Assembly (NCBI GenBank): GCA_043718025.1
Contig: JAYSWN010000143.1
Coordinates: 1-25,365 of the forward strand
Direction: 5' to 3'
Length of the DNA stretch: 25,365 nucleotides
From: Pseudomonadota bacterium
GTDB taxonomy: Bacteria > Bdellovibrionota > FAC87 > UBA2466
In this document: positions 23,911-25,365 of the stretch, piece after piece
Position numbering within the stretch: position 1 is the first letter of the stretch
Layout: each line of letters begins with the position of its first letter
Made by a program: the position numbers and the translations under genes
Notes under the pieces: generated by a model
What the model was told of the DNA's origin: nothing
The model's database searches: none
The model's input: the letters and a program-made list of their open reading frames with translations, nothing else

Positions 23911-24528
23911 TCACTTAACCACTCTGAAGGTGAGGTTGATACGGGTGCCCAGGGCCGCTTTGCGCTTGGGGACTGAATGCTGCCAGCAGTGTTGGGTTGA
24001 ACCCTGCATGAGTAAAAGGCTTCCGTGTTCGAGCAGAATCGATGCTTTCAGATTCTCGTCTTTACAATGGCGCAGCTGAAATTCTCTTGTCGCCCCGAAG
24101 CTGACGGAGCCGATTACGGGGTTAGGCCCGAGCTCTTTTTCATTGTCCCGGTGCCAGCCTACGCTGTCTCCGCCATTACGATATTGGTTAAGCAGTGCGC
24201 TATTGAATTTTATTTGTGAGGCCTCTTCTACCCTAGCTTTGATTTTCTGCAGAGCCGGAGTCCAAGCTTGCGCGTGCATCGTGATGCCGGAGTAGCGATA
24301 AGAGATCCCTGCGTCGCCATACCAGGCCGTAAGGCGAGGTTGCATGACCGACTTTCCGAAAATCACAATTGGCTCATGTTTCCAGGCGACTCCGTCGCGT
24401 AGAAGAGAAAAAAAAGCATCACTTTCCGCCCTTGCAAAGAGCGCGGGATAGTAAAAAATCTCGCCGTCGACAGGAATGAGGTTGGGCGCGTTTTTCGTCA
24501 TTACACCTTTGAAGACTTTTATTATCAA
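23911..24528 (-). CDS. AlkB-family 2OG-Fe(II) dioxygenase (ALKBH2/3-like alkylated DNA repair protein)
   Basis: QPRLTAWYG, YRYSG, FNSALLNQYRNGGDSVGWHRDNE (HxD), WQHSVP and RINLTFR. Start TTG 24528 or ATG 24501. Confidence 0.93.
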   Translation of the reverse strand: MIIKVFKGVMTKNAPNLIPVDGEIFYYPALFARAESDAFFSLLRDGVAWKHEPIVIFGKSVMQPRLTAWYGDAGISYRYSGITMHAQAWTPALQKIKARVEEASQIKFNSALLNQYRNGGDSVGWHRDNEKELGPNPVIGSVSFGATREFQLRHCKDENLKASILLEHGSLLLMQGSTQHCWQHSVPKRKAALGTRINLTFRVVK

Positions 24529-25301
24529 TTCATCTGCTTTGCCAGCGCGGCGAAGTATTCCTTTAGGGCTGGGTGTTCGAGCTGTTTGAGATCATATCTC
24601 GTCGCGCCGGGTAAGAACTTACGTGGATCAGTAACGTAAAAGCGCGCCCGCGAATAGCGTCCTTTTATTTCGTAAGCGGCGTTCGTAGTCATCCACTCGC
24701 GGTACCCCATTAGTTTGGGCTGCAGGGGATCGATCACCACGAAGCCCTCTTTGGCATCCCGAACGAGAATTGCGGTGTGAAACTGCCAGAGCTGTTTTTC
24801 TAAAAGGAGCTGCCCCACGACAAAAATTCGCGCCATGTGCTGTGCTTTCACCCCGGCTTTTAAAAGCTGATGATGAATAAGCAGTGCTCTTCCAAAGCAA
24901 AATCCAATTTGCCCCGATGGATCGTAATGCATCACATTTTCTACTCTGGCGACGGGGTTATCGCGTATCTGCGCGAGAGTGAGTTCGGCTTGCGGTCGGT
25001 AGTTTAACGCCGGTTGATCGGCTGCAGCTTTTTGCAGGGCGGCCAACACCAAATCATTTAGCGCTACCATCTTGCCGTGGACTCGGCGGTTCTCCTCTTC
25101 CCGTTCCGTCGGGCTCATTTTTTTAGATTTTTGCTGACGCGCCGAGTTGATCTCTTTCTCGTAAAGCGAAAGAAGATCATCTGATGCCGGGTTACTAATC
25201 GGAGAGACAAGGCCAATCGCATTCTCCGGCTCTTGATTCAGCGCGTCTAAAACGGGCCCCCAAAAAGCGCGAAAGTTTTTTGCGTGGGCGACGTCAATCA
25301 C
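24525..25301 (-). CDS. Protein-glutamine glutaminase-like papain-fold protein (Cys-His-Asp triad)
   Basis: GFCFGRA, WQFHTAILV and VVIDP parallel the protein-glutaminase motifs GCYARA, WSYHVAILV and IIDP (recalled). Start uncertain. Confidence 0.65.
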   Translation of the reverse strand: MIDVAHAKNFRAFWGPVLDALNQEPENAIGLVSPISNPASDDLLSLYEKEINSARQQKSKKMSPTEREEENRRVHGKMVALNDLVLAALQKAAADQPALNYRPQAELTLAQIRDNPVARVENVMHYDPSGQIGFCFGRALLIHHQLLKAGVKAQHMARIFVVGQLLLEKQLWQFHTAILVRDAKEGFVVIDPLQPKLMGYREWMTTNAAYEIKGRYSRARFYVTDPRKFLPGATRYDLKQLEHPALKEYFAALAKQMN

Positions 25302-25348
25302 AACGCATTGAGTTATAAATATCGTCGACAGAAAGTTAAAAACTGTTT

Positions 25349-25365
25349 AAGGAGTATCAAGATGA
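25349..25365 (+). other. Ribosome-binding site and start codon of a divergent gene running off the right edge
   Basis: AAGGAG at 25349-25354 followed by ATG at 25362. Confidence 0.5.

Noticed and set aside
23425..23976. ORFs 23425-23754 (-) and 23776-23976 (+)
   Set aside because: They are alternate-frame or antisense overlaps with the LRR and AlkB genes and have no SD or domain support.
1..25365. CRISPR arrays, tRNA/rRNA, IS elements, prophage, and the remaining short ORFs nested in long genes
   Set aside because: I saw no regularly spaced repeats, cloverleaf motifs, or transposase, integrase or phage proteins. The TPR and LRR periodicity is at protein level only, and the nested ORFs are shadows of well-supported CDSs.

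Overview
A gene-dense bacterial chromosomal window with about 25 CDSs. I found no tRNA, rRNA, CRISPR array, transposase or phage genes. A TIGR02147/DUF4423-type HTH gene and many orphan signal-peptide proteins suggest a Bdellovibrionota-like (or related) organism; this is an inference. In order, the window holds: a partial NtrC-type sigma-54 response regulator divergent from a sensor-less histidine kinase; a KGG-motif stress protein with a clear sigma-54 promoter; a proline iminopeptidase; an apparent operon of a lipoprotein Ppx/GppA-like ASKHA enzyme and a solo MutH-like endonuclease; tadA converging on a DUF523+DUF1722 (RudS/YbgA-type) gene and a TIGR01777 oxidoreductase; two glycosyltransferases, a TPR protein and a penicillin-acylase-family lipoprotein; a 10-Cys secreted protein divergent from a DsbD/ScsB-redoxin pair; DUF2007 and GNAT genes; several secreted orphans; a TylF-type methyltransferase; an internalin-like LRR protein; an AlkB-family dioxygenase; and a Cys-His-Asp protein-glutaminase-like protein. 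The most unusual items are the exported Ppx-like enzyme coupled to a variant MutH, the candidate local sigma-54 stress circuit, the protein-glutaminase-like gene coupled to AlkB, and repeated leaderless promoter architecture. All calls come from motif recognition by eye; no database search was run.
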